A stretch of DNA of 64,000 nt, taken from the NCBI GenBank assembly GCA_977030845.1, contig OZ365115.1:31248001-31312000 (forward strand). Direction: 5' to 3'. The stretch comes from Fimbriosthenelais zetlandica. Taxonomy: Eukaryota. Of this stretch, positions 12,201 through 25,445 are shown piece after piece (position 1 is the first letter of the stretch; every line of letters begins with the position of its first letter). Below the pieces are notes generated by a model. It ran no database searches. It was not told where the DNA came from and saw nothing but the letters and a program-made list of their open reading frames with translations. A program made the translations under genes and the position numbers.

Positions 12201-15200
12201 GTGGCTCAAAGGCACATACAGTGGCCCATAGAGGCTAAAAGGCACCGTGGGCCAGAATATAGAATATATGGATTACTCTGTAGTAATAGATGACAGATGG
12301 GAGGAGACTTTGTGAGGCAGGTGGATATTTATATATGAGGATTATGAGAGGGGACCCATGCTAGGCTGATGTTAGCCACTCTCCTCAGCTGACTCATCAT
12401 TTCAAGCGATTTATGACTTCCCCATGCTAACAAGGGAACATCCATACAAGAATAAACACTGGTGAGAAAGAGCAGGGAGCAAATGAAGAAGAGCATCAGG
12501 GTAGGGAGCAAGAGAAGAGCATCGGGAAGAAGGGAAGATGAAGAGAGAACACTTATCATGGGGAATATGATGTAAATGAACAGGTGAACCAGCAGGAAGA
12601 AGAGAACATGGGATAACATTGAGAGTAGGATATAATTTATAAAGGAATAGGAGAAACGTTAGGGAGAAAGGCTGTAAGATAGATTAGCAGCCACTGATGA
12701 GGGAAGAAGAGGAGTATGAACAGATGCAAAGGAATTGGAGAAGTGGAGAAAATGAGTTATAAAAGTATAACATTGCATTGATCCGTGGCTGTATAATGAG
12801 TGTGAGAGAGTGGTCGTCTAACAGGGAAACCTTCCATGTTACTGCTACTACAAACACACGACAGCCACGGCAGCATTAGTGTCATTACAAATATGGCCAT
12901 AACACGGCATGTTTCTTCATCACCAAGGCCTGCCGCCTATTAGATGGTCTGCCGAGACCGGCTAAACATAGCAACTGAGGGAGGATGAGGCAGTAAAGGC
13001 AGCTCTTAATCTTTAATAATTAATAAGCAAGTGAGAAATGTTCGCGAGAGATAAATCCTGACAAAAAGTCCACTCAGTAATAAGCTCGGAATAAAATCTC
13101 AATCCATGCATATAAGACTGGAAAGCATATATCAACAAATTATTATCAAAAGACATATCAAAAGACATTTTTGTTCTATTAATGACTCTAAAATAAAATA
13201 TTTGCGCTATAAACAGTTAATCTATTGTTCTCTTATATCAAAAGGTCACTGACCACCATCAGAAAGGATAAAAGATAAAAGGCTGAATAGATTTAATACA
13301 AAGTTCAACAGTTTCATACGGAGGCTAAAAGGGACTTATGCAGATTGTTCCTCAAGATCTGAATTATATATGGGCAGAGAAAAGGTCAACCTCAGTTACA
13401 TTTAACTGGTGTTAGAAAAAACACTGAATATCCAATACTTCAGCTCTCCTTTCAGCTGTACCAGACCAATAAGCTGTGGAGGGGGAGGTGCCATATCTCA
13501 ACTCCAGACGGTTGCTATACTTGAAGATCAACAATTTATGAAAGGAAAAGCTCTAGAAAATTACCACATACTGTCTTGTGCCAAAGCACACTGTCTGTTC
13601 AGTCACCACACATGCCACATGGCTACTATTATTTCCGCTAATATCGTTTGCACTTTCCATGAAAAAAAGACTTGTTTAACAGCAATAATATTATGGATTA
13701 AGATATTGCACTACGAGTTAAACATCATGTTACACTGAACTGATCAAGTTGCAATGTTTTACAAAACATAAGCACCGATGGAATAATATATACGTAGTTA
13801 TAACATGACATATATACCTTGTAGTACAAAGGACCTGACACATAATGCATGTCACCAGGAAATATCAAGCATACGGCCAGCCAAATTTGGCAAAGATCAT
13901 GGGGACAGAGAGTAATGGTTTGAAATGGCAGCAAAGCGCCATTGTTATGGCTGACTTGCATGATTGGCAGTAGTTTAACAGGATGAGTTAGAGCATGTAA
14001 AATCATAGAGGGAGGCAAACAGTGGTGAGAAGAGGATCAGCGGGGGGCTATAGTAATGCTCGCATTCCACCCCATCATTCATATCAAAAAACTATGATCC
14101 CTCTCACTGCGTACTGCTCCTCAATTACATGCCATACCGTATCATTTAATATGCCACTCCCAGGCATGTGAAAGGCTAGAATACATGGAGATTTAATTTT
14201 GAGGAAAGGCTATAGCTTGGGTCATTTTTTTCATTTTGGCTGTTTGCTGTTCGCGAATGAATCGTTGAATCTTCTCTTACTGATTTGATAGATGATATGG
14301 GATTAAGAGCATATTATATTGAAATATAAGGTAATAAATTGCCTATTGCCTGAACTTTAGAAAATTGGATCGTAATGGGCAACATAAGCTTCGTTTTTAT
14401 TACTGGTGAAAGGCTAGTAAATTCAAAAATTCAAAACAAAAACTATCCTAATTTCGATTAGCACAGCAATGACAGCCTGCAATAACTTAAACGAAGAAAA
14501 ACGAAAAAATAAAGGGAAAATAACCATTGAAAATACTTTCTTATTCAGACAAACAGAATTAAATTCCAAACGAGGCAATTACCGGAAGTATAAGCGTAAC
14601 TGGCCACTTCCGGTAGGAAGGAAGCAGGCCTACTTGCCAGTCTCCTCATATACCACCTGGAGCCAATCACCTAGCCTGCCCATTCCCCCCTGTCTGCCGA
14701 CAATGGACTGACCCTTAATGACCTATTTATCATGTAGAAAGGGCCTGCTCTTATGACCTTGTCCTCAGTGACCCTGAGCACAGTGAATCTGGTGGATGGA
14801 CCACCCCTGGATGGGTTATCAAAGGCGGCCATATTGTTCACGCTTCACTATGTCTGGCTCTATTGCTTCCATGTGTGTGCATTAATCCATTCACCACTTG
14901 ACTTCCATGACAAATATATTAATATTGTACTAATGATTAATCATACTGCAAGGGTTTACAAATTTTCAAGCTTAATGCTGAATTTTTAATTGGATATTAC
15001 TCATCTGACGCAATTTGCATTTAGTCATAGACAAGTCAAATGATACATACAGTCAGTCATTGTTCAAGGTACTTAATCTGAACCATTGGCCAGGAGTGAT
15101 TCTGGGGCGTTATGTATGGGAAGTGGTTATGGGCAGGAAACATTGAGGTCTTTTACCCAGCAAAAGGTCTGTGATTAAATACCAATAACAAGTGGTATGA

Positions 15201-18200
15201 CCAGCTATAAATAAAGATTAATACTCAATGCTTCCACCCTCTCTCCATGCTACAAGTCTATACTCTCACCCCATTCATCATCCTTTTCTCACCCCAGGCC
15301 TCAGTTGTTATGCCTATATTGATTCGTTCCAGACACATTTAATGCTCTTCCATATAAATCTGCTGTGATTACAGGATAGGGGTATTATTATTTATTTATG
15401 CATAAATATATCACAGAACATTTCACACTGATTTGATAAGAAAAGGCACCCTAGGCTAGCTAGCTATAGCTGATAAAGTTGTATGGATATTAAGATTTAA
15501 GTGCCATTTCCAGATCGAAGTCAGGTATCTTGTTTTTTTTTAAGTTATATCCTGATCTAATTTCTGTTATTATATTATACGCTACGATAAAAGCAATGTA
15601 AAGTCCATCAATTACTGAAAGGAACTTCGAATATCCACTGAATCAGTCTGATATAACATGAAATTCAAAAACAAGGTAATTCCCCTTTTAGGACTCTATT
15701 AGATGGACATTCTACTGTGGGCCTCTGGTTTTCAAATATGTTTAAATTTGCAATCAAATGTCTGCCATTCTTCAGGCTGCACTAGGCGACCCCTGTAACT
15801 GTAGACCGCCTATGTCCGCCAGTCCATCAATCAGTCTCCAGTTAGATGTTGCAGCTTTAAGCTGAATAGGAACGACTGGTATAAAACATGGAAATAGCCA
15901 TGAAAAGACTTTAAATCTCCGGCCAGGGTAGGTATCCCAGGCTCAATGAGGCCCTGCTCGAGCAGTTTGTATGCCAAGGGAGGTCCTACTCTATAGTCTG
16001 AGACTCCCTGGGTTCAGGCCAATAGTCTGTTAGTTCAGCAAATATATAGGGAAGACATTGAAGGAACCAATGTGAATGTTGGCGTGGAGTATACAGGAGA
16101 ATATGTGCCCGGGCCAGACAGGGCTTTTTCTATACTACTATGTACATCCAAGCTATAACATCCCACAATGGACAGTAGACCTGCAGTGGTAAATTCTAAA
16201 TTATAAAGTTACCTAGCGCTCCATTTGCATGACATTTCCAGGCCAATCGCTAGAGGCAGCTAGAAATACATTAGTAAGTATATCTTGCGTGGGAGTTCAT
16301 CGCTTTAATTGAACAGAAATTCACTTCAAATAAACCAGATATTTCAATCATTTTTAGTGAAGCAAAGATGGGAGGGTGGTTGATAGATTAAAACTGTTAT
16401 TTCTTGTGGAGATTCTATCTCTCAAACTGTGAATAATACCATATGGTCAGTGAACACAAGGTTCTTAGACCTCTGATGTGTTTAATATATTATTTTTGCA
16501 ACAAGGGAATATCGCCTTTCCCTATACTACTATCAGATGCTGCATCAAGAGTCTCCTATACTGACAATGAATTTTTCTTGCCTTCGGGCATAATCCTTTA
16601 GGAATAACAGACATTCTCCAAATAGGACATCAGAGACATGCAAAGGTGCTTAGATACACGATGCTGTACTAAAGGGCATGTTCCTGATCAAAATTCAAAA
16701 CCAAATTAAAATACCCAGCGTTCCCTGGAGCCAGTGTCTATAAATATACACCAGTACATCGATTTAAAATCGTGACTGGGAGCTGAAATCTGACAGGACC
16801 TAATTTGATCTCCAAATATGTTCTGTACCAGAGCAGCACCTATAGTATCCAGGGAAAAATAGAAGTATACTCAAGATCCATTTACTATGGAGCTGTTAGA
16901 ATGTATATTCATCAGCAAAAAGATTACTTTTATACCATTGTTCAATTCCAATGAAATCACAATAAGGCATGACAGAAAACGATCAAGTGATCAACTACTT
17001 TGATCTGCTAGCTGGTATAGAGACCATATCTACAGTGATTATGTGGATTATGCCCTCTATGACTGTGTATAGAGATAAGTGTAGTGTGGTATTGATTACA
17101 TGGCCTCCACCAGCTTGTTGACACCTGCCCGCAGGCAGTTAATCCCGGCAGTGTGTAAATTACAGGTGAGTGGTGGTGGTGGTAGACACCCTGGAGGAGG
17201 TGGGAGAGGAGGGGGGAGGTGGAGGAGGTGTTATCAGGGATACCAACCAATGATGCTACTATTACTACACGTGTAAGGTATAGTTAGGATGGCCTCATGC
17301 CAGGGTTTGGATATACTCATCTCTAGGACAGTTTGCAGGAAAGCAACATGGCATGATGTGTTGGGAAAAACCATTGATTTTATATGTGAAGTTTCCATCA
17401 GTTTCAGAACATTAAGCTTCTATTATCCCCTACACATGGAGAATGAAATCCCATATTCTCCTTTCTCCAAAATAACAGATCATTGTTGACCAACATAGTG
17501 TACTAACCTTCATGAGATAGTTGAATTATCAAAGTCGTCCCCACGAGGTCATATATAGGGTTGGGTCGTATACGACCCAAATATATTTAGAATCATGAAG
17601 GTAACAGCTTATTCTTATTCAGGGGTCATACTTGGCATATATGGCAATTATCTTAAACTGGCTGAGATCCAGAAATAGTTCATAGTGATCATAGAAGGGT
17701 CATTACTTGGTGTATACGGTGCGATCCAAGAACACCAATATTTACAAGGCGCATAATGACAAGGCATAGTATACTCTCAGATGAGAGGCAGAGAGAGAGA
17801 ACAAATCATTCACCTGTCCCATTTTGCAGAGAATATCCTATGAATTCAATTTAATTAATATTTAATTTCATTCAAATTTAATGAAAGTGATGTATCGTAT
17901 ATGAGCAATGAATGGGAGAAATCTAAAAGCACAGAGGGATGTAATGGATACTAAAGTCTGAATTGGTAAAAAAAATAAAAAGAATGAAGAAAAGGCAGCA
18001 AGTCTAATATTCACACCAGACTGATCTCTCTATAAGAGCTTGGTCACGCTCGGCTGATCACACACACTTTTCCCTGTAGGACAAATTTGACCCCTGACCT
18101 CAGTTTGACCTACTTTGTCCTTGCTCTGGTGATCCTATTCTATAACATTTTATGGTTGCATGTGAGACAGGGAAAGGGGTACCGGGTACTATAAGAAATT

Positions 18201-18836
18201 GTATACACTTTCTAGTGGGCTGTACATCCACATAATTTGATATGACAAGATCTCTTCAAATTAAAAAAAAATTAAGATCCATATAAAGTGTTTCCCAGAC
18301 GATAACTCTGCATGGATATAATTTTATCTGAGAAGGCTTAAAAATTCCCACAACAAGTTGTCTTATTTGACCTCACAAAAGCTTATGGAAGCCACACATT
18401 TTAAATAATTGATGGTAACAAACTTTGAAAAGGTAGACAAAATGAAAAGGTAGAGCTTAGAGTAAAATTTTACTCTAAGGGAAGAGCATGAGATCGGCCA
18501 AAATAGCATGGAGAATATCAGTGTTCATTTCGGAAATCAATGTTTTCCAGATGTCAAAGCCACTCAACCGACCATGTATACATGCAGTGTAAATCAAACA
18601 ATGCCCATTTCCAGGTGTCAATACACAGTATTTCACAACAACAGTATGAACAGAGCCCGCTCAATTCTCCCGTACACACCGCAACAAAATGCACAATTCA
18701 CAGAGCCAGAATCAAATATCAAGACTGGCCCTGAATATATTCATGAGTTCCAGCCATTGCCGCCCTTCCCACTTCACCCTTCTGATCAGGCCAAACCAAA
18801 GTCCCCATCATCTCAGGTGGTCCATTCAATTTATCA

Positions 18837-19063
18837 GTTGCCATGGTAACGGCTTTATCCCACATCATCAGTGAGGGGGTAGAATGTTTGATCGGTTTGG
18901 TTTCTAGTCTCTCTGGTTTGATTGAAGTGGCAAGGGTCGTGGTGGTATTGGGTGTTGAAACCAGACTGGTTCTGTATAGTGTAGGGGACAAGAGAAGGAC
19001 ATGTTCATTTAGGTGGAAATTAACATTATTGGGGCCAACACATGATAGCGTTGTTATGGCAAC
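18837..19063. promoter_or_regulatory. Pair of RFX X-box motifs
   Basis: GTTGCCATGGTAAC (18837-18850) and GTTGTTATGGCAAC (19050-19063); both fit GTHNYYATRRNAAC. Confidence 0.5.
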
Positions 19064-22000
19064 GTCTGATTCCCTGTATATTGACTAGAAGAAAGGCCAC
19101 TGACTATACTATACTTGGGTATATTCATGTTCGGTTCTTAATCTATATATGCAGTAGAGAAGAAAATGTAGAACTTTAAATTTACGCTGATATTACTCTC
19201 GTTCTTGATTAGCAAACATTTCAAATTTAATCAAATCCACAGAGGATTAATAAGCTTCACATTGAAATCCTAGTTGAGATTAAAATCTTGTTTCACGTCC
19301 ATTCAGCAGCTATGCTTCTTTTACAAGCCTGTCATCATATTAGACAGTGGGAGACATGGCCCTAAATTATATCCCAGTTAGCAGCACTGGGTGTAGGGTG
19401 TACTGCCTTCAGAGGGCCTTGTTGTATAAGACTCACGGTTTCCTCATTAGTTGGCCAGTATAAACATTGTAGGTGAACCGCAGGGCCTGGTAAAGCCTTC
19501 TCCGTGTAAACTCCCACTAGTCACGTTTTCCAATTACAGGCATTTAATGCTGGAATTTCTATGCACCCAGGAACCGGGGAACTTCCAACTGCAGCCAAGA
19601 AATTTTCATTGATGTCTGAGACACAAGTTTGAGATACCCTAATGAAGTATGGTTCAATAAATGGAACTGATAAATGGAAGTAAATACCTCAGTAATGAAA
19701 TCAATATGCAGTTCAGTAGTCTCGTAATATAAACAGTTGGATATATATGTGATACATATAAGTGCATAAAGAATTTATCCATTCATATGATAAATTGCAG
19801 CTCCATAGATTATGACATATTGTGATATGAATGTTTTCAGGCTTAAAATTAGTTGAGCAATCTGACAGGTGGATGGAGGCATTTGGAGGTGATTGTATTC
19901 CCAGCTGTAAGAGCAGAATAAAACATGAGTCGATTCATTTACCCGCATAGAGGGGGAATGCCTCATTCACTGCCCACTGTTAATGTGCATATAGAGGCAT
20001 GGGAAGGTTACCATCCTATCTCTCCCTTAATACATGCCTGCAGGCAACCATCCCTCCTGTATTACAATGATAAGGATTGTTAAGTCTGTCCATAAAACAA
20101 GCCATTCATTCTGGATTTCATTTCTCCAGATCGTTTCATTTAATAAAAGATTCATGCGATTATATGGGTAAATTGAGTTTAAAATCATTTGAAAGATACT
20201 ACATTGTGGTATTAAAATAAACCATTGAAAAAGCTTTTGCAGAAGAAGTCTGAAGAGTCAAAAACCATCTTGCCATTGATGTTAAATGCAATTTTACACC
20301 CATCTGCCTTTTTAATGGCAATGACTGGGATTTTCACTGAATCGCTTCCACTACAGCACGGGTACAAGGCACATTAGGGACGCTCGGCTGAAAAAATGGT
20401 ATTTTGTGGTCACAATTCAGGCTAGGCATGCAACGGTTGCTTCCGAGTTTAGACTCCAGACAGAATCAGCTAGCAATATGCCAATACAGTTGTAAAACAG
20501 TAACATTGGATGGGATGGGAAACTGGCTAATAGTGGAATATTGGCTGATGCATGGTAAGGCAGTCTCAATGCGTGTTCCCAACTTTATGACAGGGGGGAA
20601 TTAGCACAGTATTACCCGAGGTCATAAGACCTTTGAAGGTCATAGTTGAGGGCTTTTATGAAGCTAGAATACCAGGAAGGTGTATACACAATGGGTATGT
20701 ATGAGTCAGATAGGGGAGTCAGGAATAGCCACTCTTTATAAAACAGATTTAGCACCTATAGATACTCCCTGAATAGTGGGGTACGTACAAGAGGGGGATC
20801 TTCCCAAGTCATAGACAGGACATCCTTCACTGACTAGTACAGGACTCTATGAAGTTTTTCCTGCTTGAAGAGGGATGTTAATTTTTCAGGAGTGCAAAGT
20901 ATAATTCTTGACCTATTAGTATAGGGCTTTGGGACTAGCCCTTAAACCAAGAGCTATCATAATGTCATGTTCATTTTTTCGTGGTAATCCCTTTAGAATG
21001 TGGCACTGGATATAGGTATGTCATACGAAAAAAATGTCATATAATAATTATTTCAAAACCGATGAATCTTCATACATGGGAATCAAGGAATTGTATCTAT
21101 ACATAGAAATGTTGAGTCCCTCCAATGGCAAAGTTCTGACATCTGAATCTTGAGAATTACTCTCGATATATATAGAATGTACTACGTAGCAAATAGTTTC
21201 TTGGTATTCGATATCTGATAGTAAGATAAGGTATAATAGGCTACACAAGGGTAAAAGCCTGAGTGGGACATACACGAATAACGTTAATTATGTATGGGAA
21301 ACGAGGTATCTAATGAGTCTGGGCTATAAATTACTCTAGCCAGACATCCAGTATTACCCTTTGTCATTTTCTAGCAGGCCAGAGCCTATTGTAAAACTTC
21401 CCAATATAGCTGACAGCTCCAGATCAAGATCAAAGCTATGAAGCCCATAATGGTACCATCATAATGCTAGACCGTATGGTACAGGACAGAATATATTAAG
21501 AAATTGTATTCATTGTCATAAGTATGGGTTCAATCATTTGAAAATTAGGCTCTATACTACTTCTAGATATTTCTCACGTGTAAAAAAGGCATTGCCTTTT
21601 GAAATGTTAATTGGATTGTCCCCACAGGAGTCATAAGGACTTAGTGATCTAATGGTAATTTATCTGGGACAAAGACTAAATCTAGTTACAAAACATAGGG
21701 GGTTGAAGAATATGGACATTTATTTTAAGACTGTCTATGGCTCCTTTTCGGTTTAATGTCTCAATGGTTGACCTGCCTTACTTGACAGGTTCAATACCTG
21801 CAGGCAAAAAGGTGCAAAAAGGAAGTGGATGATTTACAATGTGAGGTAAACACCACAGGTTAGCTTTAGGTAATGTAATGAATACAAAAGTTTCCATGAA
21901 ATCATTGGTCCGAGGCCATGATCACTGATGTATGAACAAATATACCAGAGATTAAAGCCTGTGATATAGATCCAGATTATCTTAATCTATTGTATTAGCT

Positions 22001-22834
22001 TTCATTGATCGAATAAATAGAAAAGTGGTGTCTCTGACCTCTGAATATTCTTATCAATAAGAGGAGGCAGCTCACCAGGCCAAAATGAATGAAGACTAAT
22101 ATTTGTATTTGAAAATCAACAAACCGACAAAGAAGTCCTTTGTTAAATACTATCCTTTGTTATGAATTTGGGGTAAGGTCTCCTTCATCATATTCAATGA
22201 CATCAGCAAGTGACACCAGCACTAATTCACCTTTCCAGACAGACACCTCACAAAAGATCTATTTACACAAAGAAAATTTATAAAATCTTAACTAAATTGT
22301 ACCAAACAATAAAATAAGTATTACCTATCAATATTCTAGTTACAAATTGGGAAAAGAATTACAAAATCACTCTTTTTAGGATCAGTGATGTGTATTTTAT
22401 ATGACACTTTCAGATGATAGATATGTGGAGACAGAGAGAGATGTGTCATGGATTCAGTTATACCATAAAAAAATAATATCATCCAGGTTAAATATACATA
22501 TATTTGGATGATAAGGAATAATCCATTCCAGTTTAAATATGGGCCAGAGAGATTCCATATCAGAACACCATCATTGTTTATTTATGGTCTTTTAATCAAT
22601 GGAGAGAGAGCTGATTTGAAAAGTGGGCAGGGCTGAGTACAGGGGACACCTGCTCCTGACCAGCCTGTGTGTGGGGATATGACTCAGACCTGAGGCTCTG
22701 AGCCATCTCTCTCTCTGAGGCCAGGCCATGCCTTGTCTAATGTACAATCCCTGCTCGTGCTAAACGTGCAGACTAGAGAACAAGCCATCTGGTCCTAACA
22801 AAGGCAACACCACCTGTCCTTATACTGCCAGGCT

Positions 22835-22920
22835 GAGGGGAGAAGGGGTGGGGAGAAAGGGGGAGAAGGGGTGGGGAGAAAGGGGTAGAAGGGGGGATGG
22901 GAGAGGGAAGGGGGTGGGGC
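22835..22920 (+). repeat. G/A-rich low-complexity repeat
   Basis: ggggagaaggggtggggagaaagggg duplicated, followed by further G-runs. Confidence 0.85.
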
Positions 22921-24102
22921 ATTGCGAGAAGAGAGGCACTTTAAATCAATGCAGGACATTAAAAAGTTTTCTTCAGCAAAAGTAAATCTTGGACTTTTTG
23001 AGTCCCTACTCTTTATTCCCGATATACATTTTCTAAAATCGATTACTGGTATGAGGTTTGTACACCATTGTATCAAATAGTCATGATCCAACAGAACCAT
23101 GAGAGGGGAAATGGTAAAATGTTTGTCTACTGCATAGAAGAGGGAGTTGACTGTACAAGGAAAGGCACAGTATTCACACAATACATCTAGAGTTGTATGT
23201 AGCCTGACGCCTCTATCTGTTGTCATTTCATTATGCTGTTTACAGTAACACAACTCTCTCCTTTTCACTCTCTTGGCCTTTCAGGGCACACTTCCTATCC
23301 TAAACTATACCATCTCAGGCTGTACTCTAGGGACAAAACCCTGCAGTGTTGTAAGGCCAAGCAAAGTTGGATCTCTTTAACTATTCAAACTACAGGAAAT
23401 ATCTCTGATGTTGGGCATATTATATCCTGCAAATATCAATATTAGATGTGATTGGCAGATATCATTATTTTTTGTTGTAAAGACATATGTCTATTTTTTT
23501 GGACTAGTGGAACCAAATAAAAATACATACAAGTAAATGCCATATAAACAGGGATGTACATTGTAGCTAAGTATATCAAGTAGCCCATTAACAGCTCAGG
23601 TGGCTGGACCTTACACTGATTCAAACCATTCCCACACTAAACCCAGCTCAGATTATTCATGCTTCTTGATTTCAACATTAACACAAACCACTAATACTAA
23701 ACACCCATTTCCTCTCCTAGTTGTACGCTTAGGAATACCTTCATTCGGAAATTGACATGATTCTTCTTAAATGAATTATGAAATGTTTTTTTCTTATATC
23801 CGGAGCTGGAGGGAAGGTCTCTATTGATAAGAGAAGCGTGGGAATTGGGTTGCTTTAAAGGTAGAGGCTGTATAAAATCTAATTCGTCTCAGTGGGTTCT
23901 GTACCAGAATGGCCTAGAATTACTTTAAATCATTGCCATTTGCTATGTATGCTTTCCTTCCCTCTAAATTTAGAGTAATTTTACGCTAAGCTTTAAATAA
24001 GAAAAAGATTCTAGACCATCTCAAATGAAGCTAGAACGGTACCTAATCTTTGATCCAAATATATATAATATAAACTCATCTACAGTAACAGAATGAATGC
24101 TC

Positions 24103-24213
24103 ATTACTCCATGGAACTATCTTTATTTAAATCGTAACTATTACTCCACGGAACTATCTTGATTCAAATCTTAACTATTAATGCTGGGAACAAACTTGAT
24201 TCAAATCAGAACT
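24103..24213 (+). repeat. 37-bp minisatellite, 3 copies
   Basis: ATTACTCCATGGAACTATCTTTATTTAAATCGTAACT / ATTACTCCACGGAACTATCTTGATTCAAATCTTAACT / ATTAATGCTGGGAACAAACTTGATTCAAATCAGAACT. Confidence 0.85.
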
Positions 24214-24962
24214 AAGAAACTGGTCGGACGAGAAATCCAAGACTATAATTTTCTCCCCCCAGAGGCTGAACAATAGAGGCTTATTTTGTGATGTATAATA
24301 TATATGCTTTGCTTATCGACTAGGAATGTTTTCTTTTTCAGACTGACAGACAGAACTAGGTTGAGCTTGTGGGCGGGACAAATCAAGACAATTCCCAAAA
24401 TGGACCGAGTCGTGCGGTAGCCTAGGGACACAGAGAGAAGATGTCTAAAAATATTTCACCTGAAGTCTTGGGATATTTTTATAAAAATTATATCCATCAC
24501 ACTCCAGAGCAGTGTTTAGTTCCATTAGATTAGTTTATCATAAATCTGTTAAATATCTCTAGCTTGGGTAATTATTATATTATATTGAATCAACACATTA
24601 TCTCATTTGATCGATGAATTTGTTTACTACATAAATTTTCTTCTCTACAGTCATATATTTTTTCAGTTGTTCATATTCATCTACTATTAAACTTTCATCA
24701 AAGTGACTCAGATTTTTCCAATAATCCAGTCATTTTCATGATTCTATAATTCCAGTCATTCAACACACCCGTCCATTCATCTGTTCGGCACAAGCATCAC
24801 TGCTACTGACCACACACCGAGGTGACCAATACACATTCCAGACAAGCTTCACTCATGATCATTTCTTCACAATCCAATTGACAATCAGCAATTAGTAAAA
24901 CAATCATCTAAACCACTCATTAGCACGTCATTGATTGCAATTAGCAATAAGCTGTCACCGAT

Positions 24963-24983
24963 TCCAGAACCATGGACAGCACT
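24963..24983 (+). promoter_or_regulatory. RE1/NRSE-like motif
   Basis: TCCAGAACCATGGACAGCACT matches TTCAGCACCATGGACAGCGCC at 17 of 21 positions. Confidence 0.35.
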
Positions 24984-25295
24984 ATGTGACAGCTATTCCG
25001 TGACCATGCTTGGCTTTATTGACACCAGCAGCTCTTGCATGGTTAGGCGAGCACCGGTTGGGCTGCTAGTACAATGATAATGACAGCCCTTCCCCAAGCC
25101 ATCCCTCCTGCTTTCACACTCACAACTCAATCCCATAGAAAACAATGATAAATACCTGTCTGTGGATGCAGTCAGCAGATGGTTGCTTAAAATCCCAGAT
25201 GATCTTAATCCAGATTGCTCTTCTCCCTCCCTGCCTTGCTTCTGACTGCTGGCTTGGTCTTCCTGCAATAATCCAATGGTAAGAGAGAGGTAAGA

Positions 25296-25445
25296 CGGTG
25301 ATGGTGGTGGTTGGGGGTTGAGGTTGTATATGTGTGTGTGTATTGGGTAGTGTGACTGGAGGGAGTGTGTGAGTGTATGGGTGGGTGGGTGTATCAGCAG
25401 TGGGAGTATGACCGTGTGTGGTGTATGGATGGGTTGGTGGAGGTC
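25296..25445 (+). repeat. G/T-rich low-complexity tract
   Basis: ggtggt, gtgtgt and gggt units. Confidence 0.8.

Noticed and set aside
22795-23268. 157-aa minus-strand ORF
   Set aside because: No recognisable motif; the C-terminal third derives from a G/A low-complexity repeat.
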